Assembly: GCA_963815215.1 (NCBI GenBank)
Contig: CAWFFU010000003.1
Location: 832,001 to 896,000 of the forward strand
From: an uncultured Trueperaceae bacterium
GTDB lineage: Bacteria; Deinococcota; Deinococci; Deinococcales; Trueperaceae
Reading direction: 5' to 3'
Length of the DNA: 64,000 nucleotides
The notes beneath the pieces are model-generated. The model searched no databases and was not told the DNA's origin. It saw only the letters and a list, made by a program, of their open reading frames with translations. The position numbers and the translations under genes are program-made. Shown here piece after piece: positions 38,841-51,492 of the stretch; the stretch's first letter is position 1, and every line of letters starts with the position of its first letter.

Positions 38841-38866
38841 TCCCACAAATGAATCCCACAAATGAA
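38841..38866. repeat. Perfect 13-bp tandem direct repeat (TCCCACAAATGAA x2)
   Basis: Read directly at 38841-38853 and 38854-38866. Confidence 0.9.
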
Positions 38867-38953
38867 GGTGACCCTGCGTGGGGGGCGCAGGGTCAAAGAG
38901 AGGAGATGGTGGAGGGACGAATCCCTCACGGGTCCCGCTGGGGGAGCGGAACC
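38860..38953 (-). ncRNA. Candidate small RNA (three hairpins, C-rich loops, anti-SD-like linker)
   Basis: TAGAAT -10 at 38965-38960. Hairpins at 38953-38931, 38929-38909 (UUCG loop) and 38895-38869. Linker CAUCUCCUCUCUU. Confidence 0.5.
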
Positions 38954-39018
38954 AAGGCGATTCTACAACAGAATGCTGACGGGCGTCTTACTTCAGGGGA
39001 CCCCTGGTATCGTCCGCC

Positions 39019-40293
39019 ATGACCGTCCTCCGCACCGCCGAAGTGCTCGCCGTGGGCACCGAGCTCCTGCTCGGCGAGATCGACGACACCAACAGCGCCG
39101 AGCTCGCCCGGAGCCTGGCGCAGCACGGCGTCGACGTCTACTGGACTCAGCGCCTCGGCGACAACCTCGAGCGCCTTCGCGCCGCCATCGATCGCGCCCT
39201 CGAGCGCAGCGACCTGGTCGTCCTCACGGGCGGGCTGGGTCCCACCGACGACGACCTCACGCGCGACGCCGTCGCCCTGGCGGCCGGCGAGGCCATGACA
39301 CTCGACCCGGAGCTGGAGCGCTGGCTGCGCCAACGCTTCGCTTCGCGCCGTCGGCCCATGCCCGAGCGCAACCTGCGCCAGGCCATGCGCATCCCGTCGG
39401 CGCGGGCGCTGGACAACCCCATCGGGACGGCACCCGGTTGGCTGGTGACACTGTGGCGCGCCGGTGACGAGCGGACGGTGGTGACCCTTCCCGGGCCACC
39501 GCGCGAGATGCGCCGCATGTGGCAGTCCGAGGCCCTGCCGCGCCTGACGTTCGCGGCCAGCGCTCTGTACACCCGCACCATCAAGACCCATGGCGTGGGC
39601 GAGTCCGACGTGGCCGAGCGGCTAGGGGAGTTGACGCGGGGCGCCAACCCCAGCGTGGCGACCTACGCCAAGCGTGACGGCGTCCACGTACGGGTGGCCG
39701 CCAAGGGCACCAGCGCCGAAGAGGCCCGCCGTCGGGCCGCTCCGACCGAACGGGAGGCGCTCACACGGCTCGGCGACAGCGTCTGGGGCTTCGACGACGA
39801 CGCCTTGCCCGTCATGGCGATCGAGCGCCTGCGCGCCTCTGGCCTGCGCCTGGCGTTGGCCGAGTGCGCCAGCGGCGGATCCCTGTCCGAGCTGCTGAGC
39901 GGCGTCCCCGCCGTCGAAGAGGCGCTCGCGGGCGCCGTGATAGCATGGAACGCGGATAGCATGGCAACGCTCGGAGTGGCCACAGATCTGTTGGCAAGGC
40001 TTCCCGCCGCAGCCGCGGAGGTGGTTGCGGCGCTGGCGGTAAGCGTCCGTGCGCTATTCAATGTCGACTATTCGATCGCCGTCGGTCCCGCCCTGCTGCT
40101 GCAGGACGGCGATCCCGGCGACGCATCGCGACCGGATGGGAACGAAAGCGCGGCAACGCGTGTGGTGATCGCCGTCGCCGGACCGAACGGCACGACCGTC
40201 GATACGTTGACCTTCCCGCCACTCGGGCGGGCGTGGCTCCGCGAGCGGCTCGCCTTCACCAGCCTCTTCCTTCTCCGGTCCGCCCTGAGGTAG
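39019..40293 (+). CDS. cinA: Competence/damage-inducible protein CinA (C-terminal PncC domain degenerate)
   Basis: [60 protein letters not shown]. Upstream of recA. Confidence 0.92.
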   Translation: MTVLRTAEVLAVGTELLLGEIDDTNSAELARSLAQHGVDVYWTQRLGDNLERLRAAIDRALERSDLVVLTGGLGPTDDDLTRDAVALAAGEAMTLDPELERWLRQRFASRRRPMPERNLRQAMRIPSARALDNPIGTAPGWLVTLWRAGDERTVVTLPGPPREMRRMWQSEALPRLTFAASALYTRTIKTHGVGESDVAERLGELTRGANPSVATYAKRDGVHVRVAAKGTSAEEARRRAAPTEREALTRLGDSVWGFDDDALPVMAIERLRASGLRLALAECASGGSLSELLSGVPAVEEALAGAVIAWNADSMATLGVATDLLARLPAAAAEVVAALAVSVRALFNVDYSIAVGPALLLQDGDPGDASRPDGNESAATRVVIAVAGPNGTTVDTLTFPPLGRAWLRERLAFTSLFLLRSALR

Positions 40294-40345
40294 CGGCGGG
40301 CGCGCTCCGGTGCGCCCGTACGCCGTCGGAGAGGTGGAGCGAGCT

Positions 40346-41389
40346 GTGATAGACGAGCAGCGTAGGAAGGCCCTGGATACTGCTATCTCGCAGATCGAGC
40401 GTCAGTTTGGTAAGGGCGCGGTGATGCGTTTGGGGGAGGAGCAGGTTCGGTTGTTGGGGGCGGGTGTGATTTCGACGGGGTCGTTGTCGGTGGATCTGGC
40501 GTTGGGGGTGGGGGGTGTGCCTCGGGGTCGGGTGGTGGAGGTGTATGGGCCTGAGGCTGGGGGGAAGACGACGTTGGCGTTGCATGTGGTGGCGGAGGCG
40601 CAGGCGGCGGGGGGTGTGGCGGCGTTCGTGGATGCGGAGCATGCGTTGGATCCGTCGTATGCGCGGGCGTTGGGGGTGGATATCGAGCAGTTGTTGGTGA
40701 GCCAGCCGGATTCGGGGGAGCAGGCGTTGGAGATCGTGGAGTTGTTGGTGCGGTCGGGCGCGGTGGATGTGGTGGTGATCGATAGTGTGGCGGCGTTGAC
40801 GCCGCGCGCGGAGCTCGAGGGTGAGATGGGGGACGCGCATGTGGGGTTGCAGGCGCGGTTGATGAGTCAGGCGTTGCGGAAGTTGACGGCGGTGTTGTCG
40901 AAGAGTCGGTCGACGGCGATTTTCATCAATCAGGTGCGGGAGAAGATCGGGGTGTTGTACGGCAATCCGGAGGTGACGCCGGGGGGGCGGGCGTTGAAGT
41001 TCTATGCGAGTGTGCGTATGGAGGTGCGGCGTAAGGGGGATGTGAAGGTGGGCGCGGAGAAGGTGGGGAACCGCGTGCGGGTGAAGGTGACGAAGAACAA
41101 GGTGGCGCCGCCTTTTCGGGAGGCGGAGGTGGAGATCATGTTCGGTCGGGGGATCGATCGGGTGGGGGATCTGGTGAATGTGGCGAGTGATGTGGAGGTG
41201 GTGCAGAAGTCGGGGTCGTGGTACTCGTTCGGGGAGACGCGGTTGGGGCAGGGCAAGGAGAAGACGGTTGAGTTCCTGAGCCAGAACCCGGACGTCCTCA
41301 AGGACATCCGAGAACGCGTCATGGATGAGCTGAAACGAGGCGGCCGCGCTCCCGGCGCCGGCCCCTCAGGCGAGGACGGTGAAGCGTGA
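40346..41389 (+). CDS. recA: Recombinase RecA
   Basis: [99 protein letters not shown]. Confidence 0.98.
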   Translation: MIDEQRRKALDTAISQIERQFGKGAVMRLGEEQVRLLGAGVISTGSLSVDLALGVGGVPRGRVVEVYGPEAGGKTTLALHVVAEAQAAGGVAAFVDAEHALDPSYARALGVDIEQLLVSQPDSGEQALEIVELLVRSGAVDVVVIDSVAALTPRAELEGEMGDAHVGLQARLMSQALRKLTAVLSKSRSTAIFINQVREKIGVLYGNPEVTPGGRALKFYASVRMEVRRKGDVKVGAEKVGNRVRVKVTKNKVAPPFREAEVEIMFGRGIDRVGDLVNVASDVEVVQKSGSWYSFGETRLGQGKEKTVEFLSQNPDVLKDIRERVMDELKRGGRAPGAGPSGEDGEA

Positions 41390-43056
41390 GCGCGCTGGTC
41401 TGGATCCTACTCATCGTCGTTGCCGCAGTCGCCGGCCTGCTGGTGGGGGTCACGACGCGGCGCAACCGCGAGGCGGACATCGCCCGGCAGGCCGAGGAAG
41501 CGGCGGCCGCCCGGCTCGCCGAGGCCGATCAGGAGGCGCAGCGCGTCCTCGACAAGGCGAGCCGTGAGGTGCAACAACGGGCCGCCGGCGAGCGCCAGCG
41601 CTGGGAGGACGAGGAGCGTCGCTCCCGCACCCGGCTCGAAGAGGACCTCGCCCGTGCGCGTCAGCTGGCCGATCAGGATATCGCCCGCGCGCGCGAGGAT
41701 GTCGACCGGGAACGCAACGAGATCAAAGGCGCGCGCGAGGACATGCGGCGCGACCGTGAGAAGATCGAGCAGCTCGAGGAACGGCTCAACCGTCGCGGCG
41801 AGCAGCAGGACGCCCGGGCAGTGCGTCTCGACGAGACCGAGGAGCGTCTGGACACCCGTGAGGCCGACCTGCGCGCACGCGACGAAGCGCTGGCGGCTCG
41901 TCAGTCCGAGGTGGACACGCAGCTCCACGAGATCGCGCAACTCAGCCGCGAGCAGGCCGCGGAGATGATCCTGGAACGCGTGGAACGCGAGCTCGAGCGC
42001 GAGAAGGCGGTCCGCGTACGGGCGGCGCTCGAACGCGCCGACGCCGAGTCCAAGCGCAAGTCCTACGACATCGTGGCGCAGGCCATCCAACGCAGCGCCT
42101 CCGAGGTCTCCGCCGCCATCAGCGTCTCGGTGGTTCCGATCCCCAGCGACGCCATGAAGGGGCGCATCATCGGTCGCGAGGGCCGCAACATCCGGGCGTT
42201 CGAAGCGCTCACCGGCGTCGATCTGATCATCGACGACACCCCCGAAGCGGTGCTCCTGTCGAGCTTCAACCCGCTGCGGCGCGAGGTCGCCACGCTAGCC
42301 CTCAGCGAGTTGGTGGCCGACGGCCGCATCCACCCCGCGCGCATCGAGGAGGTCGTTCAGAAGGCCCAGCAGGACATGCAGGCCTACATCCGCGAACGCG
42401 GCGACGAGGCCGCGCTGGAGACCAACGTGGTGGGGCTCAAGCCCGGCCTGTTGCAGCTCCTGGGGCGCATGCACTTCCGTACCAGCTACGGCCAGAACAT
42501 CCTCAAGCACTCCGTGCAGGTGGGGCACCTGACCGGCATCATCGCCTCCGAGCTGGGTCTCGACGCGGCCATGGCGCGGCGAGCCGGGTTGCTGCACGAC
42601 ATCGGGAAGTCGATCGACCGCGAGATCGAGGGGACGCACACCGAGATCGGTGCCAACCTGGGACGTCGCTTCGGAGAGCCGCGCGAGGTGATCGATGCCA
42701 TGGCGCACCACCACGACCTCGACCAGGCCGAGACCCTCTTCCCCATCATCGTCAACGCGGCCGACGCCATCTCCGCCGCCCGACCGGGTGCCCGCCGCGA
42801 GACGCTCGAGAGCTACCTCAAGCGCCTGGAGGGCCTCGAGAACATCGCGACCAGCTTCCCCGGCGTGGAGAACGCCTACGCCATCCAGGCCGGCCGCGAG
42901 ATCCGCATCATCGTCGAGCCGGACAAGGTCAACGACGCCTCTGCGGTGCTGCTGGCACGCGACATCGCCAACCGGATCGAGCAGGACATGGAGTACCCCG
43001 GTCAGGTGCAGGTGACCGTGGTACGGGAGTCGCGGGCCGTCGAGTACGCGCGCTAG
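41386..43056 (+). CDS. rny: Ribonuclease Y
   Basis: N-terminal TM, coiled coil, KH domain [16 protein letters not shown] domain RTSYGQN..HS...[27 protein letters not shown]. Confidence 0.96.
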   Translation: MSALVWILLIVVAAVAGLLVGVTTRRNREADIARQAEEAAAARLAEADQEAQRVLDKASREVQQRAAGERQRWEDEERRSRTRLEEDLARARQLADQDIARAREDVDRERNEIKGAREDMRRDREKIEQLEERLNRRGEQQDARAVRLDETEERLDTREADLRARDEALAARQSEVDTQLHEIAQLSREQAAEMILERVERELEREKAVRVRAALERADAESKRKSYDIVAQAIQRSASEVSAAISVSVVPIPSDAMKGRIIGREGRNIRAFEALTGVDLIIDDTPEAVLLSSFNPLRREVATLALSELVADGRIHPARIEEVVQKAQQDMQAYIRERGDEAALETNVVGLKPGLLQLLGRMHFRTSYGQNILKHSVQVGHLTGIIASELGLDAAMARRAGLLHDIGKSIDREIEGTHTEIGANLGRRFGEPREVIDAMAHHHDLDQAETLFPIIVNAADAISAARPGARRETLESYLKRLEGLENIATSFPGVENAYAIQAGREIRIIVEPDKVNDASAVLLARDIANRIEQDMEYPGQVQVTVVRESRAVEYAR

Positions 43057-43252
43057 CGGGCGCGCCAACGGGCGCACCCGGGACATTCCGCCATCCCCGT
43101 CGAGGGGCGGGTATACTCTGCCTGGCCGCATGCCCAGGCCGCGAGGCCGCGTTCCTTGCTGCGAGGTGTCCCTTGTTCGCTAGACCGCTCCGACCGTTCC
43201 CCGTGGTCGCCCTGACCGGCACCGGCTCGCCCCTCGACGTCGCCGCTCTACC

Positions 43253-44197
43253 ATGAGGGTCGGCGAGGACGTAAAACTGTTCTGCGGCACCGCCACGCCC
43301 GAGCTGGCGCGAGCCGTGGCCCGACACCTCGACAAGGAGCTCTCGCACGGAACGGTCTCGCAGTTCCCGGACGGCGAGACGCGCATCCGCATCGACGAGT
43401 CGGTGCGCGGCAGCGACAGCTACATCATCCAATCGACCTGCGCGCCGGTGAACCACAACCTGATGGAGTTGCTGGTGCTGGTGGACGCCCTGAGGCGTGC
43501 TTCGGCCTGGCGCATCAACGCCGTCATCCCCTACTTCGGCTACGCCCGTCAGGACAAGAAGGTCCAGGCGCGTGAGCCCATCACCGCCAAGCTGGTGGCC
43601 AACCTGCTGGAGACGGCGGGGGTCGATCGCGTCATCACCATCGACCTCCACGCCGGGCAGATCCAGGGCTTCTTCGACGTTCCGGTCGATCACCTGACGG
43701 CGCTGTCGATCCTCGGCGATCACCTCAAGACCACCGATCTCAGCGGCTCGGTGGTGGTCTCCCCCGACGTCGGGCGCGCGACCGAGGCCCGGCGCCTCGC
43801 GAACCGGCTGAACCTGCCCCTGGCCATGCTCTACAAGCGCCGCACCAGCCCCACCGAGACCGAGGTCACCCACGTCATCGGCGAGGTCGACGGGCTGAGG
43901 CCGATCATGATCGACGACATGATCTCGACGGCGGGGACCATGCGCCGCGGCATCGACGCGCTCCTCAAGCTCGGCGCCGTTCCCGACGTACGCGTGGCGG
44001 CCACGCACGCGGTGTTCACCCCACCGGCGCTCGAGCGTCTGTCACACAGTGCCATCAACCACGTCTATGTGACCGACACGGTGCCCTTCCATGGCGGACA
44101 CGAGTCCGTCGAGGTGCTGAGCGTCGCGCCGCTCCTGGCCAAGGCGATCCGCAACGTCCACGACCACAACTCGGTGAGCTCGCTGTTCACCACCTGA
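43253..44197 (+). CDS. prs: Ribose-phosphate pyrophosphokinase
   Basis: FPDGE, ESVRG, NLMELL, ALRRASA, PYFGYARQD, DLHAGQIQGFF, VSPDVG, IDDMISTAGT, ATHAVF. Confidence 0.96.
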   Translation: MRVGEDVKLFCGTATPELARAVARHLDKELSHGTVSQFPDGETRIRIDESVRGSDSYIIQSTCAPVNHNLMELLVLVDALRRASAWRINAVIPYFGYARQDKKVQAREPITAKLVANLLETAGVDRVITIDLHAGQIQGFFDVPVDHLTALSILGDHLKTTDLSGSVVVSPDVGRATEARRLANRLNLPLAMLYKRRTSPTETEVTHVIGEVDGLRPIMIDDMISTAGTMRRGIDALLKLGAVPDVRVAATHAVFTPPALERLSHSAINHVYVTDTVPFHGGHESVEVLSVAPLLAKAIRNVHDHNSVSSLFTT

Positions 44198-44210
44198 CCC
44201 TCGGCGCGCC

Positions 44211-44240
44211 TTTACAGCCGCGGGCGCGACCGAGTATGCT
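44211..44240 (+). promoter_or_regulatory. Sigma70-type promoter upstream of rplY
   Basis: TTTACA (44211-44216), 18-nt spacer, TATGCT (44235-44240). Confidence 0.55.
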
Positions 44241-44450
44241 CGGATGCTGTCGAGTCCCGGAGGTCCGAGCGCCGCGGGGCCGTACGACTGGGTCCGCTCG
44301 ATGGAGCGGGGCGCGGTTCCCGAGAGCGGTCAAGATGCTCAGGGGCCGCCGCACCGCCCGCAACGGCCGCGCCGAAGGCGCCGGCACGCGTGAGACGCCC
44401 CTATCCGGGAGCATGCCGGGCCTGTGCGGCCTGAGCGCGTTGGAGGAAGC

Positions 44451-45095
44451 ATGAAGCTGGAAGCACAGAAACGAAGCATCGGCCACGTCGCCGGCCTGCG
44501 TCGCGAGGGTCGGCTTCCCGCTGTGATGTACAACAGCGGTCTCAACGAGACGGTCAGCGTCGACGGCAAGGCCTTCGACAAGGTGTTCCGCTCGCAGGGC
44601 ACCTCGAGCATCGTCGACCTCGAGGTCGACGGCACCGTACACGCCGTGCTCGTCAAGCAGGTCCAGATGGACAAGCGCCGGCGCGTTCCCATGCACGTCG
44701 ATTTCTACGCCGTCACCGAGGGCCAGGTCGTAGACGTCCACGTCCCGATCGAGATCACGGGCACCGCCAAGGGGATGCGCGAGGGCGGCATGCTCGACGT
44801 GCACCGCCGCGAGATCCACATCGAGGTGATGCCTCGCCTGATCCCCAACCACGTGAGCGTCGACATCACCGAGCTGGAGATCGGCGACAGCATCCACATC
44901 GCCGACGTCGCCTCCCTGCTCCCCGCCGAAGCGCACGTCCTCGACGACCTGGATCGGACGATCCTGACGCTGGTCCCGCCGCGCCTCGCCGAGGAAGAGG
45001 CCGTGGAACCCGAAGAAGGCGCCGCGGAACCCGAACTGATCAGCCGCGGTGGCGAGGACGAGGACGAGGGATCGGAAGACGACGAGCGAGAGTAA
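44451..45095 (+). CDS. rplY: 50S ribosomal protein L25/Ctc (TL5)
   Basis: GGAGG RBS. LRREGRLPAVMY, VLVKQVQ, HVDFY, KG.REGG, VDITELEIGDSIH, acidic tail. Confidence 0.95.
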   Translation: MKLEAQKRSIGHVAGLRREGRLPAVMYNSGLNETVSVDGKAFDKVFRSQGTSSIVDLEVDGTVHAVLVKQVQMDKRRRVPMHVDFYAVTEGQVVDVHVPIEITGTAKGMREGGMLDVHRREIHIEVMPRLIPNHVSVDITELEIGDSIHIADVASLLPAEAHVLDDLDRTILTLVPPRLAEEEAVEPEEGAAEPELISRGGEDEDEGSEDDERE

Positions 45096-45096
45096 C

Positions 45097-45675
45097 GTGC
45101 ACGTCCTGGCGGGCCTCGGCAATCCCGGGCCACGCTATCGAGGTACCCGGCACAACGCCGGGTACCTCGTCTTGGATGAGCTGGCGCGCCGCTGGGGGGC
45201 CCCCTTCCGCCGCGGACGCGCCGCCGACGAGGCCCGAGCGCGCGGACTGCTGCTGCTCAAGCCCCGGACCTTCATGAATCTCTCGGGACGCGCGGTGCAG
45301 GCAGCTCTCACGCGGGCGGGGCTCCCCCCGGCCGAGCTCCTCGTGGTGCACGATGACCTCGACCTACCGCTGGGGCGCTTGCGGCTACGCCGCGGCGGCG
45401 GCGCGGGCGGGCAGCGCGGCGTGCGCGACATCATCGAGCGGCTCGGACCGGACTTCACGCGCCTCAAGCTCGGCATCTCGCGCCCCCCCGAGGGCTGGAC
45501 CGCAGAGCACTGGGTCCTCAGCCGTTTCTCGGAGAACGAGCGCGACGTGCTCGATGCGGTGGTGGGCGCTGCGGCGGATGCGGTCGAGATCCTGCTCGAG
45601 CGCGGCCCCGAAGCCGCCATGAGCCATGCCAACGGCATCGACCTCGCCGCGGACGCGGCCCGAACCGAGGGCTGA
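45097..45675 (+). CDS. pth: Peptidyl-tRNA hydrolase
   Basis: GLGNPG..Y.GTRHNAG, KPRTFMNLSG, VVHDDLDLPLG.LR, GGAGG.RG, RLKLGI. Confidence 0.95.
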   Translation: MHVLAGLGNPGPRYRGTRHNAGYLVLDELARRWGAPFRRGRAADEARARGLLLLKPRTFMNLSGRAVQAALTRAGLPPAELLVVHDDLDLPLGRLRLRRGGGAGGQRGVRDIIERLGPDFTRLKLGISRPPEGWTAEHWVLSRFSENERDVLDAVVGAAADAVEILLERGPEAAMSHANGIDLAADAARTEG

Positions 45676-45903
45676 CCCGGCCCCACGCCTGCTGCCGCGA
45701 GGCGTGCAGGGCTCGATCCACGGCTCCCGTCAGGGACGAAAGGATCGACCAGGACCGTCGTCGGGCCAACGCCCACCTCCTTGTCGGAAAATCTCGGACA
45801 ACGCCATATACCCCCGGGGCTAGCGTGGAGCCGTGCGCTTTGTCGACGCGGGAGCCGCCCGCGTCGACTCGACCGTCCGGTTCGCTACGACGAAGGAGGA
45901 ACG

Positions 45904-49568
<3,665 letters not shown>

Positions 49569-49572
<4 letters not shown>

Positions 49573-50594
49573 ACGGCGCCATCGACCTGAGCACCCGCTA
49601 CCTTGGGCTGGACCTCGCGCACCCCCTGGTGCCCTCGGCCTCGCCGCTGTCGCAGACGCTCGACGGCATCCGCCGGATGGAGGACGCCGGAGCCAGCGCA
49701 GTGGTGATGTACTCGCTGTTCGAGGAGCAGATCACACAGGACAGCCTCTCACTCGACCACTACATGAGCTACGGCGCCGAGTCGCACGCCGAGGCCCTCA
49801 GTTACTTCCCCGAGCCCGAGTCCTACAACGTGGGGCCTGATGGCTACCTGGAGCTCATCCGCGACGCCAAGGCGTCGGTGGACATCCCCATCATCGGCAG
49901 CCTCAACGGGGCCTCGCCGGGCGGCTGGACGCACTACGCCAAGCTCATCCAGGAAGCCGGCGCGGACGCCTTGGAGTTGAACATCTACCACGTCGCCACC
50001 GATCCCTCGATGACCGGCGACGATGTCGAACGCCTCTACCTCGACGTGCTCCGCGACGTGCGCGAGATGGTCACCATCCCGCTGGCGGTGAAGCTGAGCC
50101 CGTACTTCAGCAGCATGGCCCACATGGCGCAGCGCCTGGCGCGCTCGGGCGCCGACGGCCTGGTGCTGTTCAACCGCTTCTACCAGCCCGACTTCGACCT
50201 GGAGAGCCTAGAGGTGGGCCCCCATCTGGTGTTGTCGGACTCGGACGAGCTGCGCCTGCCATTGCGCTGGATCGCCATCCTCTACGGCCGCATCCAGACC
50301 GATTTCGCGCTCACCAGCGGGGTGCACACCCACTTCGACGCGCTCAAGGGCGTGATGGCCGGCTCCGCGGTGACCATGCTGGCCTCCGAACTGCTGAAGA
50401 GCGGCATCTGGCGCATCACCGACATCCTGGAGGACATGAAGGCCTGGATGACGGAGCGCGAGTATGCCTCGGTAGCACAGATGCGCGGGAGCATGAGCCA
50501 GCAGAACGTCACCGACGCGGCCGCCTTCGAGCGCGCCAACTACATGCGGACCCTTCAGTCGTTCCGCCTCGACCCTACCGGCCTGTTGGTCTGA
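49569..50594 (+). CDS. Dihydroorotate dehydrogenase-like flavoprotein (nifJ-associated)
   Basis: [72 protein letters not shown] overlap with nifJ. Confidence 0.85.
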
Positions 50595-50623
50595 GCTCGG
50601 GCGCGCGAACGACGGCAGCCACA

Positions 50624-50661
50624 GGCGGCCGGGGCCTTCTAGGAGGGGCGCCCCGGCCGCC
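50624..50661. terminator. Hairpin between convergent operons
   Basis: GGCGGCCGGGGC ... GCCCCGGCCGCC inverted repeat. Confidence 0.6.
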
Positions 50662-50691
50662 ATCCGTTGGACCCGTTCCGGGGGTGCTGAC

Positions 50692-51492
50692 TCAGCCGAA
50701 GTGGCCGGAGATATAGCGCTCGGTCAGGTCTTCCTGGGGCCGGGTGAAGATCTGGTCGGTCGGCCCCTGCTCGATGAGCTCTCCGAGGTGCATGAAGGCC
50801 GTCCAATCGGAGACGCGCCCTGCCTGCTGCATGTTGTGGGTCACGATCACGATCGTCACCGCCTGCTTCAGTTCGGCCAGCAGCTCCTCGATGCGCGCCG
50901 TGGCCTGGGGGTCGAGCGCGCTCGTCGGCTCGTCCATCAGCAGCACCGCCGGGTCGACGGCCAGCGAGCGCGCGATGCACAGGCGCTGCTGCTGCCCGCC
51001 GGAGAGACCGGTAGCCGGCGTGTGCAGTCGATCCTTCACCTCGTCCCAGAGCGCCGCCTGTCGCAGCGAGCGCTCCACCACCTCGTCGAGTTCAGCCCGG
51101 CGATGGCGCCCGGCGAGCTTGAGCCCCGCCACCACGTTGTCGTAGACCGTCATGGTCGGGAACGGGTTGGGCTTCTGGAAGACCATGCCGATCACGCGCC
51201 GCACCGCCACCGGGTCCACCGAGCGTTCGTAGATGTCCTGCCCCTCGAACAGCACCCGGCCTTCGACGCGCGCGCCCTTGGTCAGGTCGTGCATGCGGTT
51301 GAGCGAGCGCAGCAGGGTCGTCTTCCCACACCCGGACGCCCCGATGAGCGCGGTCACCGAGTTCGGGCGCACGGCCATCGACACGCCCTTCACCGCTCGG
51401 GTGGCGTCGTAGTAGATGTTCACGTCGTGCAGATCGAGGACGGGATCCACCGGCGTCTGGGAAGCCTCGGCCCCGGCAGCATTGAGCGTCAT
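50692..51492 (-). CDS. pstB: Phosphate ABC transporter ATP-binding protein
   Basis: [70 protein letters not shown]. Confidence 0.96.
   Translation of the reverse strand: MTLNAAGAEASQTPVDPVLDLHDVNIYYDATRAVKGVSMAVRPNSVTALIGASGCGKTTLLRSLNRMHDLTKGARVEGRVLFEGQDIYERSVDPVAVRRVIGMVFQKPNPFPTMTVYDNVVAGLKLAGRHRRAELDEVVERSLRQAALWDEVKDRLHTPATGLSGGQQQRLCIARSLAVDPAVLLMDEPTSALDPQATARIEELLAELKQAVTIVIVTHNMQQAGRVSDWTAFMHLGELIEQGPTDQIFTRPQEDLTERYISGHFG

Noticed and set aside
38957..38973. Possible Deinococcus RDRM (DdrO) operator upstream of cinA-recA
   Set aside because: Only a right half-site (AACAGAA) is present. The 17-mer is not palindromic.
38906..39022. 38-codon + strand ORF (MVEGRIPH...) ending on the cinA ATG, preceded by GAGAGGAG
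   Set aside because: The SD abuts the ATG with no spacer and the peptide is unremarkable. The region is better explained by the minus-strand RNA structure and a leaderless cinA promoter.
43057..43252. Expected tRNA-Gln upstream of prs-rplY-pth
   Set aside because: No cloverleaf, T-loop GTTCGA or CCA end found. Only a TATACT -10 at 43112-43117.
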